From assembly GCF_037042905.1 (NCBI RefSeq), contig NC_087252.1, positions 3,164,001-3,228,000 of the forward strand: a DNA stretch of 64,000 nucleotides, written 5' to 3'. How positions within the stretch are numbered: position 1 is the stretch's first letter; each line of letters starts with the position of its first letter. Shown here piece after piece: positions 12,637 through 25,091 of the stretch. The stretch is from Lytechinus pictus. Lineage: Eukaryota. The notes under the pieces are model-generated. The model made no database searches. It worked only from the letters and a program-made list of their open reading frames with translations, and was not told the origin of the DNA. A program made the translations under genes and the position numbers.

Positions 12637-14578
12637 CTGGAGTCCTTTTGCCTCTTCTTCACCTTCTTATAATTCATATAATTCTCCTCCGCCCTCGTTC
12701 TTGTTCTCTATATCTTTGAATTTCTTTTGCCATCTTTAGGATTTCAATATATATTTTCATACTCTCTGGCTGAGACTCACAGAAATGGTTGAATGAATGC
12801 CAATGCAATAGTACGAATATGCATTATGGTAAGCATTCAAATGAGTTAAAATGGAATAATTACACTTTCCTTTTCTCAATGGAATAAAAAGAAGCAAATG
12901 CTGTTTGCAACGGAGCGTACAGTTATTATGTACATGGTATGCTCGGAAGTTCATGAATTGATAAAATAAAATAAGATTTTGGATCTTTAAAAGAGGGAGT
13001 TTTTAATACATAATGGTTGGTCTATGTTGAACAATTTAGTGTTTTTGTAGTTTGGATGTAAAGTAGGCCCTTTGCGTTGAAATCTGAATAGATAATGAGA
13101 TACAAAGCAAGGTTGTGCTCATTCGAATTCGGGAGCCAAAAAGTATAAAAAATTCCAGAATGGCTCCTGACCGCCTTTTTTAAATAAATCTGTTTCTGGA
13201 GGCCTAAACAACAGTGATACTGAAAAATGGATTACGGGGGCTTAGACGACAAGTCCATCCCAACAAAAAGCTAACTTGAATAAAATGAGGCAAAATCAAA
13301 CAAGCATAACACTGAAAATTATATTTCCTGGCTTTATCGATAGTTGGCTCGCCCGAGTTTAATCTATACTTTTGTAATTGGTATAACTGACATATTTTTA
13401 AATGATTATTTATACCTCAAGGTACATCATTAGAACGGAACTTTGCACTCTATCGTCAAGGAAAACAATTTAGTGTTACAAATGACCCAACGATCTAACG
13501 AAGTTTCCAATGTGTTTAGCAAAGCATACAGAGATTATATGTTAACGTGCAATTAAGTTGTCGGTCTTTAATAAAAAAAATAATAGAATGATGGTCGTTT
13601 TCACTTTCTTTTTCAAGTGAGAGAGAGAAAAAAACCTGACGCGACCCTTATTTACAAAAAAAAAACATTCGGATATGCATGCCACTTATGAAGAAGCGTA
13701 CAAGAGGCTGATTAATTCATTCTCCATTTCATATTGCTGCAAAAGTGCATGATATAAAAACTTCCCGATATTTTTTTCGCCATGTTGTATAACTATCAAA
13801 GCTGAGCAATGCTACTTTTATTTATGAACAAGAAGCACCGTTTATTATTATTATTTTTGTTAAAGAAGCGAATAGCAGCTATATTTATGCACGTCACTAT
13901 ATAAAGCACCGTATTGTGCATTTGTTTCCATTTCCTAACAGTTTGGTTTCCTGAAAAAAATCCGATAAGACTTTAGTTACTATGTGTGATCATAAATAAT
14001 ATAATATTGAAATTATTTAGGAAGAAAAGTGATCGGCAATTAACCTAAACTTGAATCTTATTTGACTTTAAAAATTATTTCAGGCACCACGGAATATACA
14101 AAACAATATAATTCCTAACACGTTCTAAACATGTTAAAGTCTTCCTTTCTGTAATGTAAGGTTGCAAATTAAATTCGGAAAGCAAGCACTTGCTAAATAT
14201 GCATAATTCTTATTTGTCAGTACATGATCATTATCCAAATAACTATATCCTGAAAACCAGCTCCAGGCATCTTTCTTTTAAAGCGTGTCTCGTCCCAATT
14301 AAAGGAATTTTATCGCATTAGATATTTCTTATTCTTACATTAATCCTATACCTTCCAAAATCAAGTAATATTGTGCTTGCCAATGCCAATTATGATTCAC
14401 ACGCCAGTTGTGTTCATTCTACCAATCGACTCCTGTTATAACGAGATGCCAAGCTCGAACACCATGATCACATATCATTATAATTCTCATAGAATCATCA
14501 ATATATACATATCTTTGGAAATTGTCAATGTCAAGAATGAGAATAATTAAATTGATTTACTTAATACTAGTATTCTGT

Positions 14579-14864
14579 TCAATCATGTTTTTGCTTAGAA
14601 GAAGAGAAACATTTCCGTTTACAGAACCCAATAGTGCGTCGGATGCTATAGAAAGAAACTACTAATATTACTAAGATCACGGCTAGGAGAAAGGCCAAAA
14701 CATCTAGCATATTACGCTGTATAAAGTTGAGTCCAATCAGTGGGCTTCTCATGTAGCCGCCTCCATGCTTCATCACGTGATTTACCCAGAATGCAGCGCG
14801 ATCACCCGGATGCATCGACCTACTTTGCAGACGAGAGGACAGTAGCGTTGTCACCTCCGAGTAA
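14579..14864 (-). CDS. UGT exon 6 (TM helix, dilysine motif, stop)
   Basis: ttcgcag|SYSE...DRAAFWVNHVMKHGG..LDVLAFLLAVILVILVVSF...KQKHD*. Confidence 0.92.
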
Positions 14865-17800
14865 CTGCGAATACGAAACGTAAAACATTCATAATTCGCA
14901 CGATGAAGGCGGGGAAATTTTAAGTTCAAATCTTTGTGAAGGGACAGACCAAAATTCGTGTTGTTTTCAAAGACATAGAATACTATCGGTCAGTTTGGAG
15001 TCACTTCTACGATAGCATGAGTAAAACCAATCTAAAAGAAACGCCTTTTTTTACCAGGGATTTAATAGATGTTTAGGAGAAATCGTGAAATCGAATACAT
15101 TCTTTTGATGATGTGGAAGTATTATTGATAGAGAGGAACAATTAACAGCAGTCTTTAAAATAGGAACTGTTATGAGCGTTCAATAAGGTCATGGATGCAA
15201 TTATATCTTTGTATCCATGGGCGTCAATCAAGGTGGATGGAACAAGGATAAACGTGAAATGATTATAAATTTACAGGCTTGTGTTTCAATAATTGTTTTT
15301 GTTTTCTTCAAAATATATTTAATACAGTATGAAATGTCGATAGGGATTTTTTTAAACATACAATGGTGTAAACTGAATCTGGATTTGACTGTACAGACTA
15401 AAGCCCGATTTCAACCATATCCCTCAAGGTTCTGAAATAGAAATCTACTCCCGTGCAATAACCATGAAAAATATTAAATACCTATTGCTGTTGAAGATTG
15501 TCTTTATTGCATCGTCTAGTACATCAACAGTTACTTTGGTCTTGTCAAGGACTATGCCGAAACCGTGATGAGTCAGTCGAGACCCCTGATCTATGGCATC
15601 CCCTGTGAGTGGTATTAGAATAGCTGGGACACCATGGTACATGGTCTCGGAAAACCCGTTGTTGCCGATATGGAAAATGAATAGACGTGTCTTCGGGTGA
15701 CCTGAAAGACCACACAATTGCAAAGTTTGAATGCGTTAAGATTACCAACGACTTTTGTGAAGATTGCCAACTTCTTTTGTTAGTTGGAGACAATCTTTAG
15801 CATAATCTTCTTCAAAAACAGAACTCTGAGTAACCCTAACCCCAACACTATCCTTACCTAAAATATCATTTTGTGGCAGCCATGGCATCATCTTTACATT
15901 TGACGGTATCTTGAACTTAGGTTCACCGACGAACTGCCACAAAACCTTGTGCTGCGGATACCGACCAAAGACCTCGGCAAATGGTTCAAGGAATTCTTGT
16001 TTGATTTGGGTAACATAAGTACCGAGTGTGAATAAGATGACGCCACCATCGCCAGATGACTGCATAAGGGCCTATAGATCCTGGAAAAATAAAGGAACGG
16101 TTAAGCATCAAAATTGTAGTCCTGTGGTATTTACTCAGAAATTAATACATACATTCATACCGTTGAAATCTGGTGGAAAAAATCATATTTAAAAAAAAAA
16201 CAAGTTCACACCTAGTTACCAATAATACATATAGTATTTCCATTTATTTTATAGCAGGATAAAAGAGCATTGTAGATTAAATGCCTTGCTCACGGACATA
16301 GGTGCCGCGGCCGGGGATCGAACCCGGACTTGTTCATGTATAGCCAGGCGCCTTAGACCACTCGGCCACGGCACCTCCATCGTTTAACAGAGTATATTAA
16401 TCTAGCTCCCTCTTTCCTTTATGTGTATGGTTTTTTTTTCTTTTTTCTGTCTATTTCTCCTGTTTGTTGTTGTTAATGTGTTAGTTTGTTCAGCTTCGGT
16501 GTCTGATTATGCGGGGAGAGGGGAGACTCATGGGGCGGGAGAATGAAAAAAAAATTACACTCAATCATTCAATTTGCTAACGTTATGTGATAATTTCTAA
16601 TTGCTTTAGCTGCATACAGTAGACGTAGAAAATGCTATTTTTTTTATGATTTTGGATTATGTCTCTGTCTTGAAATTATCTGTTATTTTTTATTCATCAT
16701 TTGATTTGTGTATTCACAGCCGCAATTGATTTGTTATGTTATTTTTGTATGATATTATCTAAATTACGTATGCATGAATTTCATTTAAAGTGAATGAATA
16801 ATAAAGATTACTACAAAACAATATTAATTGTTATAAACATACGTTAGAAAATAGATGTATCCCTTACCGGAGGGCAGTGGTGAATTTCTTCCCACATGCG
16901 TCAACAAAAAAAAATGTACACGATTTCAAAATGTGTGGTAATGATTAACGGTACCCCCCCCCCCTTTGAAGGAGGAATATATTTCTTTCACAAACACATC
17001 AAGGGTCCAAAATCAAATCACAGTAGGTAATACTAAATTTGATTTATTTACCCAATGACGGATTACAAACTTGGAGCAAGTTCAATTATGACCAAAAATT
17101 ATTGAGGTCAATAGAACCTTGGGAGGAAAAGGCAGAGCCAGTATTGTTTACAAACCATTCGAACATCGGTGGGAATCACATTGACTTAGATAAACTAATG
17201 ATGAATTCTATGGAGGATTTTCGGGCTAAAATTAATTGAATTCTTCCATGAAAATACAACAGAAAACTATTTTTTTTAAGAAACAAAATATCACCGATAG
17301 AGGGTGCTAGATAAACAATATTTTTATTATTTGAAATTTTCACAGAGAAGTGGCGGTTGGAAGATCTAAACTGTCTTTACACCTCTGTAAGATTGGTATG
17401 TTAGGCAAGACTAGATTATAATTCACATTACTGTCTCTTCACCAAAACCAAAGGCTTGAAAGTTAAGTTGCGTTTGATTGTTGGAGTTGTATTTTATTGA
17501 TAGTCTTCTTGCACCACTGAGCCTCAGGATCCTGTAACACAAGGGTTAGCGATTAATCTTACTCTTGATTTTGTTTACGATTGACTGTATCATTGTACAT
17601 TTTATTCAATGCAATCAAACGTATACAAAAAGGTTATAGGATGATTATTGAGCTTTGTGTTACGAGGCCCAGAGCTTACATCTGGTAATGGTGCTGCCGG
17701 CCTTGCAGTGATTCCTCCTATGGTGATGATATTCGGAAGGAGCGGGAGCGGGTACTCCACCGCAAAATCCATATTGACCAGGAATAGATCGGTGTAGGTC

Positions 17801-20800
17801 CCAATGAGGTCCGAGATAGATCCTGGCAAATCCTGCCTGATCTGATGACGTTCTCTGACTGTATTGAAAGGCCCATGCATGTACTCTAATACCTGGAATA
17901 ATACCTGATTGGCTACTACGTTGTTCACACGCTGTAGATAAAACAAAAAACAATATAAGATTATTTTAAAAGGTGTTTAATTCGGAATTCATCTTTCAGC
18001 GATTGTCATATAAAGGAATGAAGACGTTTGGTGTGCATTTTTTTAAATTATGGTCTAACTCTAAGGATACATAATGTTGTAGCCAACAATGATGTATGTG
18101 GTAAGAGAAGACAAGCAAAATCAGAAGAACTGAAAATGGGAGTTAATATTTGATGGAAATCAAATTTTGAAAATTTATACAAGTTATGCTTCTGATATTA
18201 TTTTTAAGGCATCAATTTAGGCCTTTGATGGCAATAATGAAGTTTGCAATCCAGTATATACAAATGATAATTTCCACGTGTGTAATATAAAGGGATCTAA
18301 GTTGATAAGGTGAGTATTGTTGGCTTTGTCATGCAGTATATCTTGAACATAATTTCTCTGCTACATACGTATCTAAAACTGTATTTTTAAGGGTGAAATT
18401 TATGGGCGCAAAATGCACATACATACACACACAATGTTCTTCCACACACAATATTATTTTACGTAGTAGCCAATGCGCAAAGTGTTTATTTCATCAATTT
18501 CTTCAATTGGTACACAATTGCATTTATCCCAACTTGTTGCATTTGATCTTGAAGGATGCGATTCGGGAAATATATATATTTTTTTAATGAACTGAAACAT
18601 TTTGGGAAGAATATCATTCAAACATGCTTACTTGTAGAAAGGACATTTTATTTGTATAGGCATTCATACAATCTGGAGTGTAAGCCAAATTGACCGGATT
18701 TCGTGCGTACATGGACAGCATCGTCGGCACAGCCATTGGGGAAGACAACACTGCGGTTGTGTTCAGTTTCATGGCCACTATCAGACTGCACAACCAGATC
18801 ATGTCATAGACGACCACGTCGAACTTGCCGTCTTCGAGTTGGTGCATGACGTCGGGGTTTCCGAGGAGGTCTTCGCAGTCGTCCGCCGCACCTTGACGAT
18901 GGGTTTGCATGAGGTTGATGATGTATGTCGCCGTACTTGGTTCAAGTGCATTCTATGAATAGGTGGATGGTGAAGCGACAATAGAGCTTGATTCCAAAAG
19001 GAGCTAAATCCACTTTTGACCAAAATTGATTTTTTTTTTTTTTACAAATATACTGTATGTATCTTAGACGTGGCAATCAAATACAACATATCTCATTTGA
19101 TAAAAAAAGGGAATGGTTGGTAAAAATTGATTGCAAATTTGAGTTTTGTTCCGATAGGAGCTAAATCCAAAACAGTTTTGTTCCAAAAGTAGCTGCGGTT
19201 ACTTTAAATTTGTTATTTTTCCTATCTTAAATGAAGTAAATCATTCAATTTTGTAGATACATGTTGTGGATACAAGTTCACACCATCAGTGCAAATTTTG
19301 CCGAAAATATAAGAATTTTACATTGTTTATGAATATTTTTGGATTTAGCTTTTTTTGGAATTAGATATCGAAACGTCACCGTCGTTAGAAAGATGACAAA
19401 ATATCATGTTTTTTTCTTTTAGTAATTTTCGATGGATAAACATCAGAAAAGATGTGAAATGTACTCTAACATCCATATTTATGAGTTTCGTGTTCAATTT
19501 AAAATATCAAACATGTCTAAATTTGCAAAAACTGACATTTTACTGGGGTTTTGTTCCAAAAAGAGCTAAATCCGTGAAAAATATAATTTCATTTTTTTTA
19601 ATTGATAATAAATGCTAGATTTTTGAAATGATGATTTAATTAATCTAAGACGGTAGTACTATCATCTATATCAAAATAAAACAGCAGTGGCTTAGGTATA
19701 GTGGTGAATAAAAAAAACTCGATTTACAGAAAATACCAAAAATGGATTTAGCTCCTTTTGGAACAAAACTCTTATTGCTCCTGTGACATTTGCTCCGGTT
19801 CCGATATATTAGAGGGCAATATTATAGTTAGAATTAGATTGTAACATTAATTTTGGTTCAGAATAGTATAAAGATAATGATCAGTTTATAGAGTTATGGA
19901 GGTTGAATTGTATGTTTGGCTTAACTTGCAGATTTTCCATCGGTGCAATTGTCGCCGGAGCAAACGTCATGTAAACAAAGAAGTGAAATTTAAATACTCT
20001 TTATATGTATATATATATATTTGACGGAAATGGAACACATGTTGCCCCGTTTGACATAATATGAGATCAAGTTGCATTTTTTCATTAAGCTTTCGTTATA
20101 TTCTAAGGTGGTAACCTTTCTCCGTTCATATTTCAATACATTAACGAGGTGCTTGAATGACACTTTTATATACTTCAGTTGAAAATACATTAGAATGAGA
20201 GATTACAATAAAAAAAAAGTGCACCTACAATCTTAATTAATTCCCTATGGACATTGGCTAATCCTTTTTTAATTACATACATTTTTTTATATCATGATGT
20301 TTGTATCTTTAGGGCTTTATTTAAAATTTAGTTTACTTTATCTATAAGATTGTTTATAAATTTGCATATTAGCAATGAGATAATTAAACAATGACATTAA
20401 TAGAGATGATTTGATTGTTGATAAAATCTAATCATATTTGATAAAATCTGAACAATTTTCGGTCAGGCTTATATTCATTTGCATATCAGCAATGAGAAAA
20501 TTAAACAATGAAATGAATACGGATGATTTAATTGTTGATAAAATCTAATCATATTTTGATAAAATTTGAACAATTTTCGGATGGGCTTATATTATAATCC
20601 TATTTGAATTATACATTTTTTTTCCTACTATGATATTTGTGTCTTTGGGGCTTTATTTAAATTTTTTTTACTTTATTTCTAAGATTGTTTATATGTTTGC
20701 ATATTAGCAATGAGATGATTAAACAATGAAATGAAAACAGATGATTTAATTGCTGATAAAATATAATATTTTGATAAAATTTGAAATTTTTTGGTCGGGC

Positions 20801-21283
20801 TTATATTCACTAAAATGTGAGAAAGGATTATATTAACTAATTGGTCAGTACTCTATCTAATAATAATAATGAACACCTGAGACCATGAGGGATGTAACCT
20901 ACATGAAAATACTACAGATATCACATGTAGGCAACACAAAATGGTTGATCAGTCTTTACCTTTGAGAAGGCCAAATGTCTTTCTTTGACAGACTTAATCT
21001 GCTCAGTCGATTGATGAAACGCAATGAAATTTAACTCCGAGTCGTCAGGATTATCTGCCCGGTGAGCATACGCTTCGCTGACGAGAACCGTCACATTATG
21101 ACCATGTCTAACGAGGTATTTTCCAATCGTCTTCCCGACGAAATAGTGCGATCCTTCGCCAAGGCTTGTGGTGATTAAGACGTTGCCCGCCAGCAGGCTT
21201 GGAGGCAGGATAAGAAGCACCACACAGAAACATATTAATGGGACTGCATTCGATCTTCGCAGAAGAAAAGATGGATTCGCCAT
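14579..21283 (-). CDS. UDP-glucuronosyl/UDP-glycosyltransferase (membrane-bound animal UGT), 6 exons, 541 codons, with an in-frame TAG at the start of exon 4 (null allele/pseudogene, or rescued by an alternative acceptor)
   Basis: Exons 21283-20960, 18952-18632, 17931-17680, 16080-15858, 15701-15482, 14864-14579; all introns GT-AG, phases 0,0,0,1,2. Signal peptide, GSH catalytic His, RHGHNVTVL, FDVVVYD, UGT signature [34 protein letters not shown], C-terminal TM and KQKHD dilysine ER-retrieval motif. Confidence 0.93.
15482..15701 (-). CDS. UGT exon 5 (UDP-sugar binding signature)
   Basis: ctttcag|[16 protein letters not shown]...HGVPAILIPLTGDAIDQ...AG|GTATTT; 220 nt. Confidence 0.92.
15858..16080 (-). 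CDS. UGT exon 4 (contains TAG at 16074-16072)
   Basis: ttttccag|GAT CTA TAG GCC CTT ATG CAG..., then SSGDGGVILFTLG...[15 protein letters not shown]. Confidence 0.88.
16266..16378 (-). mobile_element. tRNA-derived SINE 5' fragment in UGT intron 3
   Basis: Minus strand: GGAGGTGCCG-TGGCCGAGTGG (A box)...GGTTCGATCCC (B box)...TGTCCGTGAGCAAGGCATTTAA (conserved SINE body motif). Confidence 0.82.
17528..17669. mobile_element. Small PIF/Harbinger-type MITE next to the UGT exon 3 donor
   Basis: Ends GATCCTGTAACACAAGG / CTTTGTGTTACGAGGCC; CAG TSD at 17525-17527 and 17670-17672. Confidence 0.7.
17680..17931 (-). CDS. UGT exon 3
   Basis: ctacag|RVNN...EYPLPLLPNIITIGGITARPAAPLPD|GTAAGC; 252 nt. Confidence 0.9.
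18632..18952 (-). CDS. UGT exon 2
   Basis: ttcatag|NALEPSTATYIINLMQ...DGKFDVVVYD...NKMSFLQ|GTAAGC; 321 nt. Confidence 0.88.
18969..19976 (-). mobile_element. Old short relative of the TU-like element family (see 56678-60468), split by a nested MITE
   Basis: Left GGTGAAGCGACAAT[insert]TGCTCC matches GGTGACCCGACAATTGCTCC; right GGAGCAAACGTCATGTAAAC matches GGAGCAATTGTCATGGAACC. TSD not clean. Confidence 0.55.
18984..19771. mobile_element. MITE with GAG...CTC termini (Sola-like), internal copies of the TTCCAAAAGGAGCTAAATCC motif
   Basis: GAGCTTGATTCCAAAAGGAGCTAAATCC versus GGATTTAGCTCCTTTTGGAACAAAACTC; motif repeated near 19141, 19340 and 19550. TSD not clean. Confidence 0.72.
20270..20810. 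repeat. Imperfect local tandem duplication (three copies of a ~115-bp core) in UGT intron 1
   Basis: TTTGCATATTAGCAATGAGA..TTAAACAATGA...GATAAAAT..GGCTTATATT at about 20361, 20478 and 20696. Confidence 0.8.
20960..21283 (-). CDS. UGT exon 1 (signal peptide, catalytic His)
   Basis: MANPSFLL...LGEGSHYF...HGHNVTVLVS...LAFSK|GTAAAG; 324 nt. Confidence 0.88.
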
Positions 21284-24200
21284 TGTCTTGCTTTCTCCCT
21301 GAGCGGACGGTCTCCGTGCTCGAGATGGATGTCTCAAACATCAAATAAGGAGTGTAATCATGATGTTTGTATCAGCCAACACAGTGCCATCATGGGGACT
21401 CTGATAAAAACCGTGCATAATTATTATTCTCATTGAAGTCCGTTGCTTGAAAGCGGATAATGCTTTCCTTCCGTTCGAGCCCTTGGTAAAAAATAAATAT
21501 GAACCTTATACCGTGATTACCGTATATAGCTACGTGATGAGACGAAGCCAATCCTCGTTCTCCCACTGACCAAGTTTGTACTAACCAGCAGTCGTGTTGT
21601 CATTGAAATGATGTGAATTGTCCCTCAATTTTGGAAGGAAGGTCAGTGCTTTATAATAAGTAAATAGGCCGTTGAAGTGATCAGTTGAGCTTAGTCTGCC
21701 TGAACAGACCCTTATTGGTATTTTTAGCGGTGTTCGCAATTTCAGATCATGGCACACATATGGTAGTCGTGTACTGTACATTTCAAAATCTAAGTTTGAC
21801 ATATTTGGTTCGTACTTGGAACTTGCGTATTTCTGTTTGTATGCATCCACATTCGAAAATGACTGTAATTTCAAATTATTTTGAAAATTTTAGGTTTGTG
21901 CTTGTCATTGTCCGAACCCATGATCCCGTCTCGCTCGTTTTTCTTTCTCAAACTATAAAGAATAAAAATATAAATTAAACAGATGCAGTTATTTTTTCGT
22001 CTTACACGAAATTGACAGTTAATTGATTGACGCACGCTGGAGATTGCCTATACCAGAGCATAGATTTATATAGAAAAGGTAAAAGGAGTATTTAAAAGGA
22101 GTTCACTCGTCTGTGAGAATTTTTAAAACGATGTTTAATTTGTATTTTCAAACAGTTCCTATGTTTTTAAGAATTTCATTTAAATGTTAGTCAAATTTCC
22201 TCGAACGGGTAAGCCTTAGTAAATATAAGTATTAATGTAAATCTATATTAAGTTCCTAGTTCCCTTTTGTTCTGACGGCTTTGATCATGGAACATCAAAA
22301 GCGTCAGAACATGTGTGGTTTATTGCTTGTTTCAGAGCCAAAAGATCATTTTAAAGAGCTAAGATTTGTGTCTATATTCATGTAATGAACTCATCACAGC
22401 CGTTTCTTCCAGCGTACACTCTTTTTCACCGAGTGGGGGCGTTATAAATCCAAATAGAGCTCTCAGATTGAGTACATTATTTCTGGTTGAATACTCTTGC
22501 GAATAGAGGGAGAGTAAATGCAAATTAATAGGCCTAAATATGCGTATGATTGGTTTCGATTCCTGGGAATTCTTATATTCCCAATTGTTTAAAGCATCAA
22601 CTGAATTAATCGGAATATAGATACATGCTTTTAAAGCGACAACATTCTAACGGGAATAATTTGCATTTCCGAATAGCATTTTTTTATATATTCAGTTCCA
22701 TGACATACGGGTACTATTGATGGTTGGGATGTATCATGTGCTGGTTAAATCCTGAAACACTTTGTCGATGATACTCACTTCCTAAATTCCTCCAGAGAGA
22801 TTCACTTCAACAATGTAAAAAAATCGGAACAAGCAGACTACACCATTGATAAAAGGAGACACAAAAAACTATTTACCAAAGGTGGCGCTATAATATTTTG
22901 ATGAGGGTGGGGGTGTAGAATTGAGGTGATGTTATTTCTACAAAATAGAATGATATGGTTATTATATATTAACATGGCCCAGATCGATCTCTCATTCTTT
23001 TTTATAAACTAATCGTTTTACCGTTATCCCTCTGTGTTTGCTAATTAAAAAATCATGTGCTCCGCCCCGTGTAGCGCTGCCACCGATGGCCTCTTAAAAA
23101 TAACAGCAATCATCTGTTTTGGAAACATATCCGCCACAAAAATAAATATAAATTTATACTAAATATTAAGAAGATGTATTTCCCAAATTTGTGAATCTTT
23201 TTCTGGCAAACCAGCACAAAACCAACAATAATTCTACAAAAATAAATGTACTCTTCTTCCAGTTTTGAAAATATATCCTAAGCTTTGCAGCTACTTTGAA
23301 ATATTGAGCCCCATCATTTAAAAAACGGGAAGTCCCTCGTTTATTTTCCAGTTTTAAGATAAATCTGAAAAGGTCTGTTTTCTGTAAATCCTTTTCCTTG
23401 TTATAGTCTTATCTGTGTATTATGTAGATGGTGTTTTAATAAACTGAAAATATACCTTTATTTATTATGTTCTTATTTCACTGAGACCCATGTAGCAGAA
23501 TACGCATGAGTTTTGTTCACTATATCAGAGGTTCCTTTAAATTCTTTCCATGATTTCACTAGTGTATATTCAGACTTGTAACACTAAAAGTGTCATCGGT
23601 CGTTAGTAAGTTTGACAACCCTTAAAGTTTACATGGAAAACAAAACACACGCACATACCCATACAACGTACTTGCGAAAACACACCTACGCACACACAGC
23701 GTCGCATGCCATTATAGCCTCCCACGCCCTTGCACACGCACTCACACCCACTCCCACGACCCTTGCACACCCACACACATCCTTACAGACAAATCCCTCT
23801 CTCTATCTCCCTTTGTCTTTTATCTCATTCAATTTTTCTAGTCAGTTTTAATATGCGTTGACATAGTTGGTGCATGTGCAAGCGATTGTGCTGAGCTGCA
23901 GGCGGGAAATTTAATGTACATAATAATAATTTACTATTCCAATATTAATTCTTATAATCTGGTCGCACAAGCATCGGGAAATTTTATTGTTTAAAATTAA
24001 CAAACATAAATATTGCATCGATAATTATGCCGAAGAAACAGTTAACTTTAAATCGTGTTTAAAAAAATAGTTTCACCTGAATACTTAAACATATGCACAA
24101 ATCTTAATTACTCGGCATATGCCTATCGTGACATTATGCGGAGACGCCGTTTCCATTGGTTGTGTAGTTTATCATCATGTGCTTGTAAAGCTGTTTATTT

Positions 24201-24664
24201 ATTCATTCGTGTATTTGTTCGTATGTAACATTAATAGAACTGCGTCAATCAAAATATAGTACAAATACCATAATACATTATATATTTGTACGTCATAAAA
24301 TTAGTACTCTTGGTACAAACCTGTAAAAAATTGTTTATTGGTACTTTGAACAATTGCAGCAGTCTATATACTCTGCATTAAAAAAAAATCAATGCGATCA
24401 GTTTGAAATCTGCTTGAGCCTAAATTACGGCGCCCAGTAAAGATATCACTTTTTTGAAATGTTAAAGAGTTTCCCTTTCCCCTAACTACCTTTAACAAAA
24501 TTAGGAAACATTTGAATTGGGTTTAATTAACATTTTAAAGATCCCAACACAATCAACTCGATGAGATCTGTTGAATATTTGGATCAAACTGATTAGATCA
24601 ACCGAGCACATTTTTGCTTTATCATTATTATATTTTGTTTCCCTTTGTTTGGAAGTGATGATGA

Positions 24665-24813
24665 GATGGGATTAATTCCTTGAATGCACTGAGCGCTGAG
24701 AGGCAGCTCGAGCTAAAGCCGGGGTAATAATGATAAACAATGCGTCTCGGAATATATTATTTCTAGATAGATGGCGCTATATAAATGCCTATTATTAGTA
24801 GTATTATTATTAT
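24665..24813 (+). mobile_element. SINE/L2-type 3' tail fragment
   Basis: Ends ...AGATGGCGCTATATAAATGCCTATTATT...(TAT)n, a typical L2-dependent SINE tail. Confidence 0.6.
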
Positions 24814-25091
24814 GGGGTTGTCCGGTAACCAGGGATGAAATTACATCCATATTTGAAAACAAACTCATAGTTAAAAGCCATCTGCATTGCTCATCATACC
24901 GATTTTCCTAGAATTCCCATCTTTTAGCAATGATTTATTTTGTAAATAATCTATGAGGCGCGTCTCCATCATCAGATCCTACAAAGCATTTCATGGGTCC
25001 AATTGTGTGGGGACATCATGTACAATAGCGAACCTATTACGCTTGTGCATGGGCCCATATATTTCTCTTTCATACTTGATGCTGGATACGA

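Noticed and set aside
16300..16378. tRNA gene
   Set aside because: No proper anticodon arm, and it continues into a SINE body motif.
21284..21337. Upstream extension of the UGT ORF to 21337
   Set aside because: It uses a non-ATG start; the ATG at 21283 has good context and precedes the signal peptide.
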